Positions 20,718-32,086 of a DNA stretch of 64,000 bases are shown piece after piece. Made by a program: the position numbers and the translations under genes. The number at the start of each line of letters is the position of its first letter. The first letter of the stretch is position 1. The DNA lies in contig CAWHAE010000012.1 of assembly GCA_963827235.1 (NCBI GenBank), positions 384,001 through 448,000 of the forward strand, given 5' to 3'. The stretch is from an uncultured bacterium (GTDB taxonomy: Bacteria > Chloroflexota > UBA5177 > JANWHV01). The notes beneath the pieces are model-generated. The model was not told the origin of the DNA. It searched no databases and was given only the letters and a program-made list of their open reading frames with translations.

Positions 20718-20990
20718 TCCGAGCGTGTGGGCTCAATAGACCGGCGACACGCGCAGAGCGGCGAAGAGGTGATGTGCCTCGAGAGCACGCGTGCCCGCTC
20801 TCTTGAGTATATCTGAGGACTCCACGGTATCCCGCTCCGGCCCTGGCGCAGCATGACGTGGGTGAGAGCATTCTTCTCAACAGTACCGAGACGCTCTCGA
20901 GAGCGGTACACCGCCAATCCCGGCAAAGATGGTGTATTCGCATGATCGAAGCGGTGATCCGTGGCTTCGGTCAGCCTATTTCAGACCCGT

Positions 20991-23900
20991 TCAGCTCAGC
21001 GAGCTGTTCAGGGCTTCAGGGACGGCATGAGACGGCAACGCCGTGGCAGCGCCGCGAACTCCTTCCAGTACCGCGGGCACACATACTCCACTGCACGTTA
21101 CCACCACGGCAAGGGCTTGCAGCGTGCCGCTCGGCTTCGCTCCCGAGTGAATGGCCGGCTCGGCAAGCGCCATTTCCAGAGATGCCCGGCCTCCTACCCA
21201 GTAACCTGCCGAGGCCATCGGCGCGCCGGCACTCTGGTATGCCGAGACTCTCACGAACATGCGGCTGCCTGTAGGGTTGAACACGCGAACCAGGGTTGGA
21301 GTGTCCGTCGACTGCAGGCCGATGGCGGCGAGCTGCGTGTTGCCGCTCGATCCTTGCACCTCGAAGCCCGGGTGCTGGCCTGCCGAGGCAGGGCCGCCGA
21401 CAAATTGCCCGAGCTCGGCCACCACGGGCACGGTGGAGCGGACGCTCAGCGAGCACACCTTGCCCTGCGTGATGCTGCTGAGGGCCAGGGTGGCTCTGCC
21501 ACCTGCCGGCACCTGGAGTGAGGCGCTTCCCAGGCGAAGGCCCGAATCGGAGTAGGTGGTCACGGACACGCGAGCCAGACAGTTGGTGGCGCCAGCGCAC
21601 GTCTTGGCCGGGTTGATCAGTGCCAGGACCGCCTGATTGCCGTCAAGGGTGGAAGCATAGGCAAAGTGCGCGACCGTGCTCGCCGAGGTGACGCCGGGCG
21701 AGACGTCATACCCTGCCTTGAAGTCCTGCGGCCCCGGACCCCAGGAGAGCGCGCGCTCCGCCACGATTGGTTGGCTGCTCTCGAGACCCACGCCCACGGC
21801 AACCCCGGCCAGCGGCGCCACGCATTTCTGTGGAGTCTCTGCCGTGCTGCCTGTCGTCGCCGCGCAGCCAGTCGCTCTCAGGTACGTTGCCCGCACGTCG
21901 AACGTCGTAGTGTCGAAGGCGCCGAGGTGCAACACCTCGCGCGCGCTGATGGCGCCGGTCTGAGTATAGAACGTGATGCGCACGGTCGCCGGTACCGTCT
22001 GCGGATTCATCATGTCGATTGCATCCTGATACTCCGTGCCGGTGTTCCCTTCCGCGAACCGCCAAGTCGATGACGGTCCCCCGGCACCGCTTCCCTGGGC
22101 TCGTCCAGTTGCCCAAAGGCTGGACCCGGCCGTAGTCGAATCGTCCAGCATGCGCGTCACGGTGCCCGACTTGCTCGCGCTCGTAGTGCAATCGACCGCG
22201 CTCGGGTCGTTCTTCTTGCTCAGCTTGCACTCGCTAAGAGGCTCCTGGAGCGTCCGGCGCGTGAGCAAGATCACGCGAATGCCGGTGTCGCACGTGGCGC
22301 CCGCCGCGCACGATGCCGAGCGCGTGGTCGGAGTCGCGGTCGAGGTCGCGCATGTCGCCTGAATCTCAACCCGTACCATGATGCTCAAGGTGTGGCCGCT
22401 GCCGATATCGCCGTTGATCGTGTGCTGGACGATGCCATGGGCGGGCACGCTGAAGGACACCTGACGGATTGCCGGCGAGCCCGATGTGGTGGCGATAAGA
22501 TACATTACGGTGACTACCGCTGCTTGGTCGGCGACGTTGGCTACGTGCAACGACTGGCTGTAGCTCACCGTCAGTCCTGGCGCCGCCTTGGCCACCATCG
22601 TAGTGCCGTTCGCGAAATAGGCCACCGTCTCGGAGGCCGAGCTTTGTCCGCCGTTTGCCGTCGTCTCCGAGCAACCGCCGGGCGATGGCGTTCTCGTGGC
22701 GACGCCGGTTGGGCCCGGCGTTCCCGTGGCCGACGCCTGAAGAGCCAGCCCGTGCGTAGCCTTCCTCTTGCTGAGCTCGCCGCTTGCCCAGATCAGATAA
22801 CCGCCCGTCGCGATAAGCGTGCCCGGGTCGCCGTCCGCCGCGGGGAGCGGAAACGCGACGGTGAAGGAGCCGCTGGAATCGGCCACCACCTGGCGTGCAC
22901 TGCCGGCCAGCGGCCGTACCGGGATGGACGGCGGGGCAAGATAGACGTCGATGGTTTCGCCCGCCGCGAACCCGCTGCCCTCCACGGTAATCGCCGAGCC
23001 GGTTCCGGCGATGATGTTTGAGATTCGCAGACTGGCGGGAAGGTTGGTGATCGTCAGCACGCCGGCGGCCGATCGCCCGGTCGCGTCCACGGCGCGAAAC
23101 GTCACCGATCCGGCCGGCGCGTCGACCGGAGCCGCGACCGGCACACTGAAGGATCCCGATGGATCCGTGGTCGTCTGCAGAGGATATGCCTCGGACGTGC
23201 CGATCGCCGTGTTGCTGCTCCACGGTGCCTGCAAGGTGATGGTGATCGGCGTGGAGCCCGCAAAACCCGTTCCTTGCAGAGTCGTCGACTGCCCGGATGC
23301 AACCACGTACTCGGTAAAGGCGAGAACGGCCGGTGCCACGACGATCAGCGTGGCGGAGGCCACGAGGTCGCTTGCTTCTCCACTCGCGGACACGGTGAAC
23401 GAGCTGCCGGAAGCACCTCCAATTGCCGTTGCGGGTACCGTTACCGCCAGGCTGAAGGCACCCGCCGGTGTCGCGGTGGCAAAGCCGAGCTGCGTGATAG
23501 CCCCGTTGTTGCCCACAGCCGACACGGCAATGGTCTCACCCGCGTAGTAGCCCCTGCCGCTGACCATCGAAGCGAGGTGACTGGCCACCCGAGCGGGATT
23601 GACGGCCAAAGCAGTGCCCGGCACCACCAGCGGGCTCTGAAGCGTCAGTCCGCTGGACGTGCCTTTGATCACGACCTGGAGAAGCGAGCCTGCATTGCCT
23701 CCGGAGTTCTGGCTTCGCCCGGAGGGCGGATTTGCGAAGGTCTCGTCGTCGAGGGGCAGCACAAACGTGCCGCTGAGCGCGCCGGTCGCATCGGCCTGCA
23801 GATTCGCTGACGCACTGAGGTCGGTCACAGCAGTGCTCGCGTCCTGGACGTTGAGCTGGATGGGTTCATCAGGAGTGAAGCCCGCGGCTGCCAGCCGAAC

Positions 23901-24764
23901 CGTCTCTCCAAGGGCGGCCACCGGCGGAGAGAGACTGATCGTGGTACCCGAGCTCGTTGCCTCAACCGTGATCGGCACGGCTCCGGCATTGCCTGCCGTA
24001 TCGATGATGTTGACCGCAGCCACGCCGTCGGCCATCGTGTCCGGGATCGACACGCTCATCGGCGGGATCACCCCGGCGCCCGTCGTCGTGACCGGCTGGG
24101 TCTGCACGATCTGCACGCCGGCCGCGTCGCAGAGGCTGACAGTAACCGCGCTGTTGGGTGCAAAGCCGCTTCCGCTGACCTGCGCGACGCCGCCCGGTTG
24201 CACGACGTTCGCCGAGACGTCCAGCGCTTGGATGAAGGGCGTCACGCCAAACAGCGAGGACGCCACGGCCGCCGAGCCGATACTGGCCACCACGTGCCCC
24301 AGAGACCCAGGCGCGGCATCAAGGGGAACGACAAAGGTTGACTGCGGCAGTGAGCCGTCCCCGGACGCAGTCGCCGTGATCACCTGCGTAATGGAGTCTA
24401 CCGGGTCGACATAGGCCACGTCGATCACGCTGCCGGGCACGAAACCGCTGCCGTCAACCGACACAGACGTGCCGGGCGGACCGGCATCCGGGTCCAGGGC
24501 CAGTATGCCGGAGGCGGCCGGGCCGGCAGCCGCCTGCCTGGACGGGAGCATGCCGCTGCTAGCAACGACGATCGGCAGGGACGACGCCGACGGCCGGCGG
24601 TCGGTGCGGGCCAAGGCCGGGTTTCCGTGGCCGAGTACTGGGAGCTGAATGGCGATTGCCGAGAGTACCAGCGATAGGGCTGTCGCGAGACGCACCGCGC
24701 CGTCCAGGCGCACGCCATGCCGGCCGGCCACACCGGCGGCTCGAGCTCGCTCCCAACTCCACAT
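20991..24764 (-). CDS. Large secreted/surface protein: six Ig-like repeats plus repeated C-terminal 'FAEG' modules
   Basis: N-terminal hydrophobic segment; six GxGF/Y repeats about 100 aa apart; YFANGTT, WRFAEGNT and HFAYAST modules. Start uncertain. Confidence 0.75.
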   Translation of the reverse strand: MWSWERARAAGVAGRHGVRLDGAVRLATALSLVLSAIAIQLPVLGHGNPALARTDRRPSASSLPIVVASSGMLPSRQAAAGPAASGILALDPDAGPPGTSVSVDGSGFVPGSVIDVAYVDPVDSITQVITATASGDGSLPQSTFVVPLDAAPGSLGHVVASIGSAAVASSLFGVTPFIQALDVSANVVQPGGVAQVSGSGFAPNSAVTVSLCDAAGVQIVQTQPVTTTGAGVIPPMSVSIPDTMADGVAAVNIIDTAGNAGAVPITVEATSSGTTISLSPPVAALGETVRLAAAGFTPDEPIQLNVQDASTAVTDLSASANLQADATGALSGTFVLPLDDETFANPPSGRSQNSGGNAGSLLQVVIKGTSSGLTLQSPLVVPGTALAVNPARVASHLASMVSGRGYYAGETIAVSAVGNNGAITQLGFATATPAGAFSLAVTVPATAIGGASGSSFTVSASGEASDLVASATLIVVAPAVLAFTEYVVASGQSTTLQGTGFAGSTPITITLQAPWSSNTAIGTSEAYPLQTTTDPSGSFSVPVAAPVDAPAGSVTFRAVDATGRSAAGVLTITNLPASLRISNIIAGTGSAITVEGSGFAAGETIDVYLAPPSIPVRPLAGSARQVVADSSGSFTVAFPLPAADGDPGTLIATGGYLIWASGELSKRKATHGLALQASATGTPGPTGVATRTPSPGGCSETTANGGQSSASETVAYFANGTTMVAKAAPGLTVSYSQSLHVANVADQAAVVTVMYLIATTSGSPAIRQVSFSVPAHGIVQHTINGDIGSGHTLSIMVRVEIQATCATSTATPTTRSASCAAGATCDTGIRVILLTRRTLQEPLSECKLSKKNDPSAVDCTTSASKSGTVTRMLDDSTTAGSSLWATGRAQGSGAGGPSSTWRFAEGNTGTEYQDAIDMMNPQTVPATVRITFYTQTGAISAREVLHLGAFDTTTFDVRATYLRATGCAATTGSTAETPQKCVAPLAGVAVGVGLESSQPIVAERALSWGPGPQDFKAGYDVSPGVTSASTVAHFAYASTLDGNQAVLALINPAKTCAGATNCLARVSVTTYSDSGLRLGSASLQVPAGGRATLALSSITQGKVCSLSVRSTVPVVAELGQFVGGPASAGQHPGFEVQGSSGNTQLAAIGLQSTDTPTLVRVFNPTGSRMFVRVSAYQSAGAPMASAGYWVGGRASLEMALAEPAIHSGAKPSGTLQALAVVVTCSGVCVPAVLEGVRGAATALPSHAVPEALNSSLS

Positions 24765-25068
24765 GTGGCAATCCACCCTCGCCGCCGAAAGCGGCCCGCG
24801 GCAATGGTCGGAACTGCGGCCGGCCTCCAATCCACCGGTATGAAGCGACTGCTTCCGATCCCGGCAAGCTGCCCGGCCGCTGCCAGAGTTAATATACGCT
24901 ACCCTCTGCAACTCGGTCACGCCATGTACCATGTGCTCATGACCGACGGTACTGCGAGCGGCCGAGTATCTCCAGGACAGCAGCCGGCAGACGCTGTCGT
25001 CCTGCGACTGTTCGGGCGGCGCTGAGCGCCGCGGGGAGCATGGGTTGAGCGCACGCGGGCAGACGAAC

Positions 25069-26145
25069 ATGGAGAATCTGCCGGCCGCGCAGGGCGTGGG
25101 CCCTGCCGGTCTCCACCATATGCTGGTGTTCGTTTCACCTGCCTACGAGGACGTCGCACTGAACGAGTTACGCGACGTGGCTGGGGCACGCCTCGTTCGC
25201 GCAGTGGCGCGTGGCGTAATGCTTGCGAGCACGTCGCAAGGGCCTGAGCAGACGGAAGAGAGCTTTGCTCAGCGACCGCCTATCTTTGCGCGCCAGGTCC
25301 TGGTCGACGTGCAGGCTGTCGCGCGTACCGACGACGTGGCCGAGGACGCACGGTCGATCGCAGAGTTGATCTCGGACACGCCGGCGTCGTCGATTGCTGC
25401 CTGCGACATGGAGGGGCGCTGCCACGCCGGGCTCGAGGCGCTCCGAGAAGCAGTGGCCAAGCACCTCCGCGGTGAACGGTCGTTCGATCGCCTCCTATTG
25501 GCCGCGGCACCTGGAGAGTATTTCGTCGGCCGCGTTCTCCCGGGTGCCGGTATCGCCCCTGTCCCGTTCTGGCCGGCCGGTCGCCCGGAGACGCCATCCG
25601 AGCAGCACTTCATCAGCCGATCCGCCCTCAAGCTGTGTGAAGCGTTCGACCTATTCGCCGTTCATCTGGTCAAAGGCGCGAGGGTCCTGGATCTCGGCGC
25701 GGCGCCGGGAGGCTGGACGCAAGTGCTTGCCGGTCATGGCATGCGTGTCACGGCCGTCGATCCCGGAGAGCTCGATCCTCGCGTGGCGGCGCTGCCCGGA
25801 GTCCGTAGCTTTCGTGGCACCGCGCAAGCATTCACCCGTGCCGGGACCGAGCAGTTCGATGCAGTGGTTGACGACATGCGCCTCGACGCCCGCGAGTCGG
25901 CACGCTTGCTCGTGGCGCTGCGGCACCGGCTTCGATTCGGGGCAATTGTTCTAGCCACGCTAAAGCTGCCCGAGCGCGCGCCGTCCCCTGTGCTCAAGTC
26001 TGCCCTGGCTACGCTCGGCGCCGGCTACACTGTTCTTGGCAAGCGCTGCCTGTACTTCAACCGCAATGAAGTGACCGTCTACGCGCGAGTATCGGAAGAC
26101 GGCCCGCGCTGCGACCTGCGCTACACAGGTTCAGGCCAAGCGTAG
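25069..26145 (+). CDS. FtsJ/RlmM-like SAM-dependent RNA methyltransferase
   Basis: SRSALKL.EA, VLDLGAAPGGWT, AVDP, VVDDM, TLKLP, NRNEVT (K-D-K-E tetrad pattern). Confidence 0.85.
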   Translation: MENLPAAQGVGPAGLHHMLVFVSPAYEDVALNELRDVAGARLVRAVARGVMLASTSQGPEQTEESFAQRPPIFARQVLVDVQAVARTDDVAEDARSIAELISDTPASSIAACDMEGRCHAGLEALREAVAKHLRGERSFDRLLLAAAPGEYFVGRVLPGAGIAPVPFWPAGRPETPSEQHFISRSALKLCEAFDLFAVHLVKGARVLDLGAAPGGWTQVLAGHGMRVTAVDPGELDPRVAALPGVRSFRGTAQAFTRAGTEQFDAVVDDMRLDARESARLLVALRHRLRFGAIVLATLKLPERAPSPVLKSALATLGAGYTVLGKRCLYFNRNEVTVYARVSEDGPRCDLRYTGSGQA

Positions 26146-26282
26146 GCCACGGTGGTGGTCCCTGGGGCGGAGTAAGCACCGCGTCGGGCAGGCGATCAGA
26201 CTGCCCAGGGTGATGCGCGTGGGACATCGCGTGCGCCGCCGCCGCCCTCACCGCCGATGGGGTGTCCCGGCGCGGCTGCCTT

Positions 26283-27107
26283 CTACAGCGCGGCGTCCAC
26301 GAATGGGCCGCCCTCGTGCAGCAATCCCGGTGAAAGCTCGACCGTTGCCGTCGAGTCTAGCAAGAATAGCAGCTCCCCATCGGTCGGATTGATGTACTGG
26401 CTGGGTAGATCGTCGGGCCGGTACGGGCCCTCGATCACCTCGTGCAGGATCTTGGCCTTGCTGCCGCCGGTGGTCAAGAACCAGACTCTGCTGGCGTTGT
26501 TGATCACGGGCAAGGTTAGCGTGATACGCGTCGTCTGAAGCTTGACGACGGGATTGGCAACCACGAGCTTCTTTCGCTCGGCAAGGGCGGGTGAATGAGG
26601 AAACAGCGAGGCCGTATGGCCGTCCTCGCCGATGCCGAGCAAGATCAGGTCGAAGCGAGGCAGCGCCGGCTGGCCGCCGGGAGTCGTGCCATCCTCGAGA
26701 TCGAAGGCGTGTTTGAGCTCATCCTCATAGGCAACGGCTACCGTGTTGGGATTAGGTAGCTCGGCCATGATCCGGTGCACGTTCTGTGGCGGAATCGGTA
26801 CGCAGTCCAGGAGGGCCTCCTTGGCCATGCGGTAATTGCTGTCAGGATGGTCGGGCGGCACGTGTCGCTCGTCTCCCCAAAAGACCTGGACGTCTTCCCA
26901 CGGCAGCTCGCCGGAAACGTCCTGGCGTGCCAGCATTTCGAAAAGGACCCGCGGCGTCGCTCCGCCGGACAAGGCGATGGTGAAGACTCCCCGTGCAGCG
27001 ATGGCACCACGGGCGGCGTCGACGATCCCGGTGGCTGTCGTCCGCATCAGGTCGTCGATTGACTTCGAGATACTAAAGCGCGCTTGGCCCGGGTCCCCGT
27101 CCGGCAT
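26283..27107 (-). CDS. pgl: 6-phosphogluconolactonase
   Basis: IALSGGATP, FWGDERHVPPDHPDSNY, LLGIGEDGHTASLFP, RITLT. Confidence 0.95.
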   Translation of the reverse strand: MPDGDPGQARFSISKSIDDLMRTTATGIVDAARGAIAARGVFTIALSGGATPRVLFEMLARQDVSGELPWEDVQVFWGDERHVPPDHPDSNYRMAKEALLDCVPIPPQNVHRIMAELPNPNTVAVAYEDELKHAFDLEDGTTPGGQPALPRFDLILLGIGEDGHTASLFPHSPALAERKKLVVANPVVKLQTTRITLTLPVINNASRVWFLTTGGSKAKILHEVIEGPYRPDDLPSQYINPTDGELLFLLDSTATVELSPGLLHEGGPFVDAAL

Positions 27108-28362
27108 CCCAGATTCCTCCCGTAAGCTCTGTCCCGCTGTCGCCGATTCGTCTCGCTAGGACTGCGGCCGCAGCTACGGCTTCCTCGTATGACCGGTCCT
27201 TCATGCCCTGATCGAGCTCTCTCGCCAGGAGCGTCGCTCTGTCTGCGGAGGCAATGCTGACCGATCGGGCCACCTCGCCGGCGTCGGGCAGGCTCGCCGT
27301 AACGCGAGCGACAGGCCGATCCCCATCCCTCTCGACTGCGAAGTGGGCACCCCGTTCGCCCACATCGGTGTCGATGCGCACACCTTCTACCCTGGCCTGC
27401 GGGCCAACCGACAACTTCGGCTTCAGTGCCAGCTCGATTCGCTGCTCGCCTAGTCCCGCCAATTCATAGCGTACCACGCCCTGCTCAGTGTGCGACGCTT
27501 TAACGTCCCAGGCCAGTCGAGAGATCAACCAGCCGGCGAGCAGCAATGCGACCCCGGCATTGCCGGGGTGGTCGGGTGCTGCCACGCCGGGGCTGCGGGC
27601 TGCGTAGTCAATGGTCACCGAAGTAATGCGGCTGATACAGTCGGCACAGACCGGATTGTCGAAGAACTGGGACACGAGAGTGCGCCAGTCGGAAAGCTGC
27701 TTCCAAGCTAGATCGCCGAAGGCCTGATAGGGCTTGCATGCACGTATGAACTCGCCATACATCACGATGCTGGTGAGCGGCGTCGAGAATGCGCTGGAAT
27801 CCACTATCACTCGGTCGCAGGCATCGACCATGCGAGGCCAGAACGCGTGGCCGACCGGCAGATCGCCGGGCCACCAGAGGAACGTGGGCAGGTCGGGCAG
27901 CAGGAGGGGCAGGACCACGCTCGGCAAGATGTCCGCTACAGGGCCATGGGCGTAGATACGCACCTGTTCGTGTACGATCTTCCGCCCGCCGGCTCCCGTC
28001 AGCGACAGCGCTCGCACCGAGGCGCTGATCTCTGCCGGCCCGTTTGCCTCGTCCGCGACGATCAGGATCGTGCGAAAAGGATGCGTCGCCACCACGTGCT
28101 CGACCACGTCCAGCGCACTCTCGCCCTCAAGCGAGAGACCAGCTGTGGTGTAGGCGACGAAATTGAGCACTCTGGCGCGCGCCACGCCGGCGATCGCCGA
28201 GACGCCATCATACTGCTCGCTCGGGTCGGCGGCCGATTTGCGCGCTGCTTGTGCAGCGCTTTTCCAGAGCTTCTCGAGTTCCAGCTCGATAGCCGCCAGG
28301 GGAACCGGCGACTCTCGCCATCCATCGGCGGCTATCCCGCTCCGCGGAGTGTCCCTTTCCAT
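27073..28362 (-). CDS. opcA: Glucose-6-phosphate dehydrogenase assembly protein OpcA
   Basis: HPFRTI, SVVLPLLLPDLPTFLWWPG, DRVIVDS, DLAW..L..WR; lies between zwf and pgl. Confidence 0.88.
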   Translation of the reverse strand: MERDTPRSGIAADGWRESPVPLAAIELELEKLWKSAAQAARKSAADPSEQYDGVSAIAGVARARVLNFVAYTTAGLSLEGESALDVVEHVVATHPFRTILIVADEANGPAEISASVRALSLTGAGGRKIVHEQVRIYAHGPVADILPSVVLPLLLPDLPTFLWWPGDLPVGHAFWPRMVDACDRVIVDSSAFSTPLTSIVMYGEFIRACKPYQAFGDLAWKQLSDWRTLVSQFFDNPVCADCISRITSVTIDYAARSPGVAAPDHPGNAGVALLLAGWLISRLAWDVKASHTEQGVVRYELAGLGEQRIELALKPKLSVGPQARVEGVRIDTDVGERGAHFAVERDGDRPVARVTASLPDAGEVARSVSIASADRATLLARELDQGMKDRSYEEAVAAAAVLARRIGDSGTELTGGIWDAGRGPGPSAL

Positions 28363-28496
28363 CGATCTCGAACTCTCTCAGTGAGGCAATACCAACGAGC
28401 ATGCCACTCGTCGTCCGCGACGAGCACTATCGTGACGGGGCTGATCAAACCTGGCATGGGAAGTCCGTTGCGGGAAGAGAGGTAGGCGACGCTCGC

Positions 28497-30077
28497 TTAC
28501 GGTCGGCGCCACCGCCGTCCGTCGCGCTCGATGAAAGCCTCGGCTTCTGCCGGTCCCCACGTGCCGGCCTCGTAGGCCGGCAACTGCACCCGCCTTGCCG
28601 CTTCCTCGCGCCAGCCGTCGAGGATGCCGGATATGAACGTCCAGGACGATTCGACCTCGTCTTTTCGCGTGAACAGTGTGGAGTCGCCAATCATGCAATC
28701 CATGAGCAGCCGCTCGTACGCATCGGGCGACTCCACGTCGAAGGCGTCGTCGTACATGAAGTCCATATTGACGGTACGCATACCCATGACCGTGCCCGGG
28801 ATCTTGGCCGCGAACTTGAGCGAGATGCCTTCGTTCGGCTGGATCCGCATGGCCAGCACGTTCGGCTCGGTCGGCAGTTGGGCAGCCCGCATGAACGGTG
28901 AATGCGGCGCACTCTTGAACTGGATCGCGACCTCGCTCACTCGCTTGGGAAGGCGCTTGCCGTTGCGAATGTAGAACGGCACGTCTGCCCAACGCCAGTT
29001 GTCGAGGAACAGCTTCAGGGCGACGTAGGTCTCCGTACTGGAGTCCGGCCGCACTGCCGGCTCGTCGCGGTATCCCGGCACGTGCGCGCCTGCAATCCAG
29101 CCCTCCGCGTATTGGCCGCGCACGGTGAAGTCGGATACTTCGCGCTCATGGATCGGCCGTAGCGCGTGCAGCACCTTCACTTTCTCGTTGCGAACTGCCT
29201 CGGCGTCGAATGAGCCGGGCGGCTCCATGGCCACCAGCGCCAAAACCTGCAAAATATGGCTTTGCACCATGTCGCGCAGCGCACCGGCCTCCTCGTAGTA
29301 GCCTCCGCGCCCCTCCACACCAATGCTTTCGGCGACCGTGATCTGCACGTGGTCGATGTAGCGGCGGTTCCATATGGGCTCGAAGATCCCATTCGCAAAG
29401 CGAAAGACGAGGATATTCTGGACCGTCTCCTTGCCGAGGTAGTGATCTATGCGGTAGACTTGCTCTTCCTTGAAGACCTGCAGAATCTGCTGATTCAGCG
29501 CCAGAGCACTCGCGAGATCGCGCCCAAACGGCTTCTCCACGATAATTCGCGTCCAGCCTTGTCCCTGGGAGCGATCGGTAACCAGCCCGGCTGCGCCGAG
29601 TTGCCGCACGATCTCTGGGTAGAAGCTCGGCGGAGTCGCGAGGTAGAAGATGCGATTCCCCGCGGCTCCGTGCGCCTTGTCGACCTGCTCGAGCTTGCGG
29701 CGCAATGCCTGGTAGTCGGCGGGGCGGGTGAACTCGCCGGGGACCCAGTCGGTGTTGTCGGCGAACGTCTGCCACACAGCCGGCTCGATGGGCTTCCTTC
29801 TCGAGAACGAGTTGACGGAGGTCTTGAAGCGATCGCGAAACGCCGCTAACGGGTCGCGCGATTCGCTGCCTGCTATATCGGCGCGGGAATAGCCGACTAC
29901 GGAGAAGCCGTGCGGCAGGAGTTGCTCAAGAGCCAGGTTGTAGAGCGCGGGCATCAGCTTCCTGCGAGTCAGGTCGCCGGTGGCGCCAAATATCACCATG
30001 GTACACGGCTCGGCGGTGCGCTCAAGCTCGATACCCTGGCGCAGAGGGTTAGGCGTTAAGGTTGGCGCTGCCACCAT
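28497..30077 (-). CDS. zwf: Glucose-6-phosphate 1-dehydrogenase
   Basis: FGATGDL, EKPFG, RIDHYLGKETVQN, AYERLL. Confidence 0.97.
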   Translation of the reverse strand: MVAAPTLTPNPLRQGIELERTAEPCTMVIFGATGDLTRRKLMPALYNLALEQLLPHGFSVVGYSRADIAGSESRDPLAAFRDRFKTSVNSFSRRKPIEPAVWQTFADNTDWVPGEFTRPADYQALRRKLEQVDKAHGAAGNRIFYLATPPSFYPEIVRQLGAAGLVTDRSQGQGWTRIIVEKPFGRDLASALALNQQILQVFKEEQVYRIDHYLGKETVQNILVFRFANGIFEPIWNRRYIDHVQITVAESIGVEGRGGYYEEAGALRDMVQSHILQVLALVAMEPPGSFDAEAVRNEKVKVLHALRPIHEREVSDFTVRGQYAEGWIAGAHVPGYRDEPAVRPDSSTETYVALKLFLDNWRWADVPFYIRNGKRLPKRVSEVAIQFKSAPHSPFMRAAQLPTEPNVLAMRIQPNEGISLKFAAKIPGTVMGMRTVNMDFMYDDAFDVESPDAYERLLMDCMIGDSTLFTRKDEVESSWTFISGILDGWREEAARRVQLPAYEAGTWGPAEAEAFIERDGRRWRRP

Positions 30078-30406
30078 GGTCCTCCCAGGGCCGTCAAAGT
30101 CGTAAGCGCTTCATGAATGCGTCCGGGCTGGAACTCGCCCGGTCGAAGCACCGGACGCGAGCGGCGTCGCTATGTCGAGCGCCGGAATTGGGGCTGGATT
30201 CATTGCCGATCTATTCTGGCCAGTCTACATGCGCGCACGCGTGCTTCTTCCACTATGGTACCGTGCCCGCCGATCAGACCGTAGCTGGGTGGGTAGCGGG
30301 CCGCTCGCGGCAGGGAGCAACCGTCCACCGGACACGCCGAGCGCCAGTCGTCGCGGGTCTGCTCTACCGTCCGATGCAGCCTTGATAGGCTGTTCCGTGG
30401 CGGCGG

Positions 30407-31639
30407 TCAGGAAATGGCCAGTGGGGCAGCAAGGTATTGAGATATCACCTGGCCCGCCGCGCCGATGATCTTGGCATCCGCGCCCAGCGTCGACCGCACG
30501 ATGCTGATACTGCTCGCGCCCGCGCCCGGCTTGAGCACCAGGCGCTGCTCCAGCGACTTCATCTCCTCAAAGAGCAGCGCGCCGCCCCGTATGACCGAGC
30601 CGCTCAACACGACCAGCTCCGGATCCCAGTTATCGACCATGTTGGCCACGGCAATGCCAAGATACGTGGCCGCGCGATCCAGAAGCTCGCCGGCCAGCGG
30701 ATCCGCTGCTTCTGCCGCCGCGAGCAGGTCGTCGATGGCGATCGGCCGCTGGGCCGCTCGCAACGCCGAGGGGCGCCCGGCGGCCAATGCCTCGTTCGCC
30801 CGCGCAACCAAGCCGTTGGCCGAAGTGAACACCTCGAGGCAGCCGCGATTGCCGCAGCCGCAGAGCGGCCCGCCGAGCTCCATCGTATTGTGCCCGATCT
30901 CGCCCGCGGCTCCGTGAGTACCGCGGTAGACCGATCCGTCCAGGATCACCGCCCCGCCGACGCCAAAGCCTACATCGATGAACACGGCCGAGCGGGTGCC
31001 GCGTGCGACGCCGAACTCGTACTCGGCCAGGGCGACCGATCGGACCTCGTTGTCGACGAAGGTAGGAAGCGAGAGCTTGCTCTCAATCATGGCTTTGAAC
31101 TGCACGTCGTGCCAGCCCAAGTTCGGCGAGAACAGACAGCGGCCGTCCGGCCAGCTGATCATGCCCGGAAAGGCCACTCCGGCACCAAGAACTGTCTCGG
31201 GACGCTCCTTGGCCAGGATACACTCGGCCAGCCCGGCTATCAGATCCACGGCGAGCTCGGGTGTAGCCCCCACTGGAACCGAGGCGTGCATCACGTCGCC
31301 CACCGTGCCGCCCATATCTACGAGTGCCGCCGTGATGTCGCGCACGTCGAGGTCGATGCCCAGGGCAGTTCGTGCGCTGGGGTTGAAGCGCAGGCTCACC
31401 GGCCGGCGGCCGACGCTTCCGGTTACCACGGTAGATTCTTCCTGCACCAGCTCTTCTTCGAGCAGATGGTCCACGATCGCGCTCACGGTCGCCGGACTCA
31501 AGCCCGTATTTCGCGCGATCACAGCGCGTGAGAGAGCGCTGTCGCTGCGAATGAGGTTGAGCACCATAGAGCGATTAGCCTGCTGCATCAGGCGTCCGCT
31601 CACCTTGCGAGGTGGAATTCGTCGCGCCGCACTAATCAT
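30407..31639 (-). CDS. ROK family transcriptional repressor (XylR/NagC-like)
   Basis: N-terminal wHTH (NR..VL..IR...SRA.IA..TGLSPATVS); GEIGH...CGCGNRGCLE. Confidence 0.92.
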   Translation of the reverse strand: MISAARRIPPRKVSGRLMQQANRSMVLNLIRSDSALSRAVIARNTGLSPATVSAIVDHLLEEELVQEESTVVTGSVGRRPVSLRFNPSARTALGIDLDVRDITAALVDMGGTVGDVMHASVPVGATPELAVDLIAGLAECILAKERPETVLGAGVAFPGMISWPDGRCLFSPNLGWHDVQFKAMIESKLSLPTFVDNEVRSVALAEYEFGVARGTRSAVFIDVGFGVGGAVILDGSVYRGTHGAAGEIGHNTMELGGPLCGCGNRGCLEVFTSANGLVARANEALAAGRPSALRAAQRPIAIDDLLAAAEAADPLAGELLDRAATYLGIAVANMVDNWDPELVVLSGSVIRGGALLFEEMKSLEQRLVLKPGAGASSISIVRSTLGADAKIIGAAGQVISQYLAAPLAIS

Positions 31640-31828
31640 CGATCCACCCTTCGCGCATTCATGCCCTGCGTGCTCGGGGGTACCTCGGGCTTACGTGCGC
31701 ACGCAGGTCACGCCGGCTCATCGGGTCCGCATGGGCCAGACACGAGCTCATGTTGAAGCGTGACAAGCTCCGTTGCATTGAAGATACATCCCGCCGGCCC
31801 TGCCAGGTACGGAGCCGCCGCGATGCGC

Positions 31829-31885
31829 TTGACACGGTCCCATGAGCCTGCTACCGTGTTTATTAATTTACCGGCTGAATTAATA
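31829..31885 (+). promoter_or_regulatory. Promoter plus ROK-type operator upstream of the sugar isomerase
   Basis: TTGACA-N17-TACCGT (extended TG) followed by the perfect inverted repeat TATTAATT-N9-AATTAATA (31861-31885), an AT-rich island in a GC-rich background. Confidence 0.75.
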
Positions 31886-32086
31886 TATAATGGTAGCGGC
31901 TCTTTGGGTCGCCGTCAACCAGCTCGTATCGATTCTGTCGCTCGCTGCGCCGGCGGGGTGCCGGGTATTCGGGTAACAGGGGCGTCGGAGCGGCCGGATG
32001 GAGCAGATTTGGCGCCGATAGGCAACCGGCACGGAGGGGCCGGCCGGTCCGCGTAGTGCGAAGCAGCAGAGGTTCGAGGAGAAGCA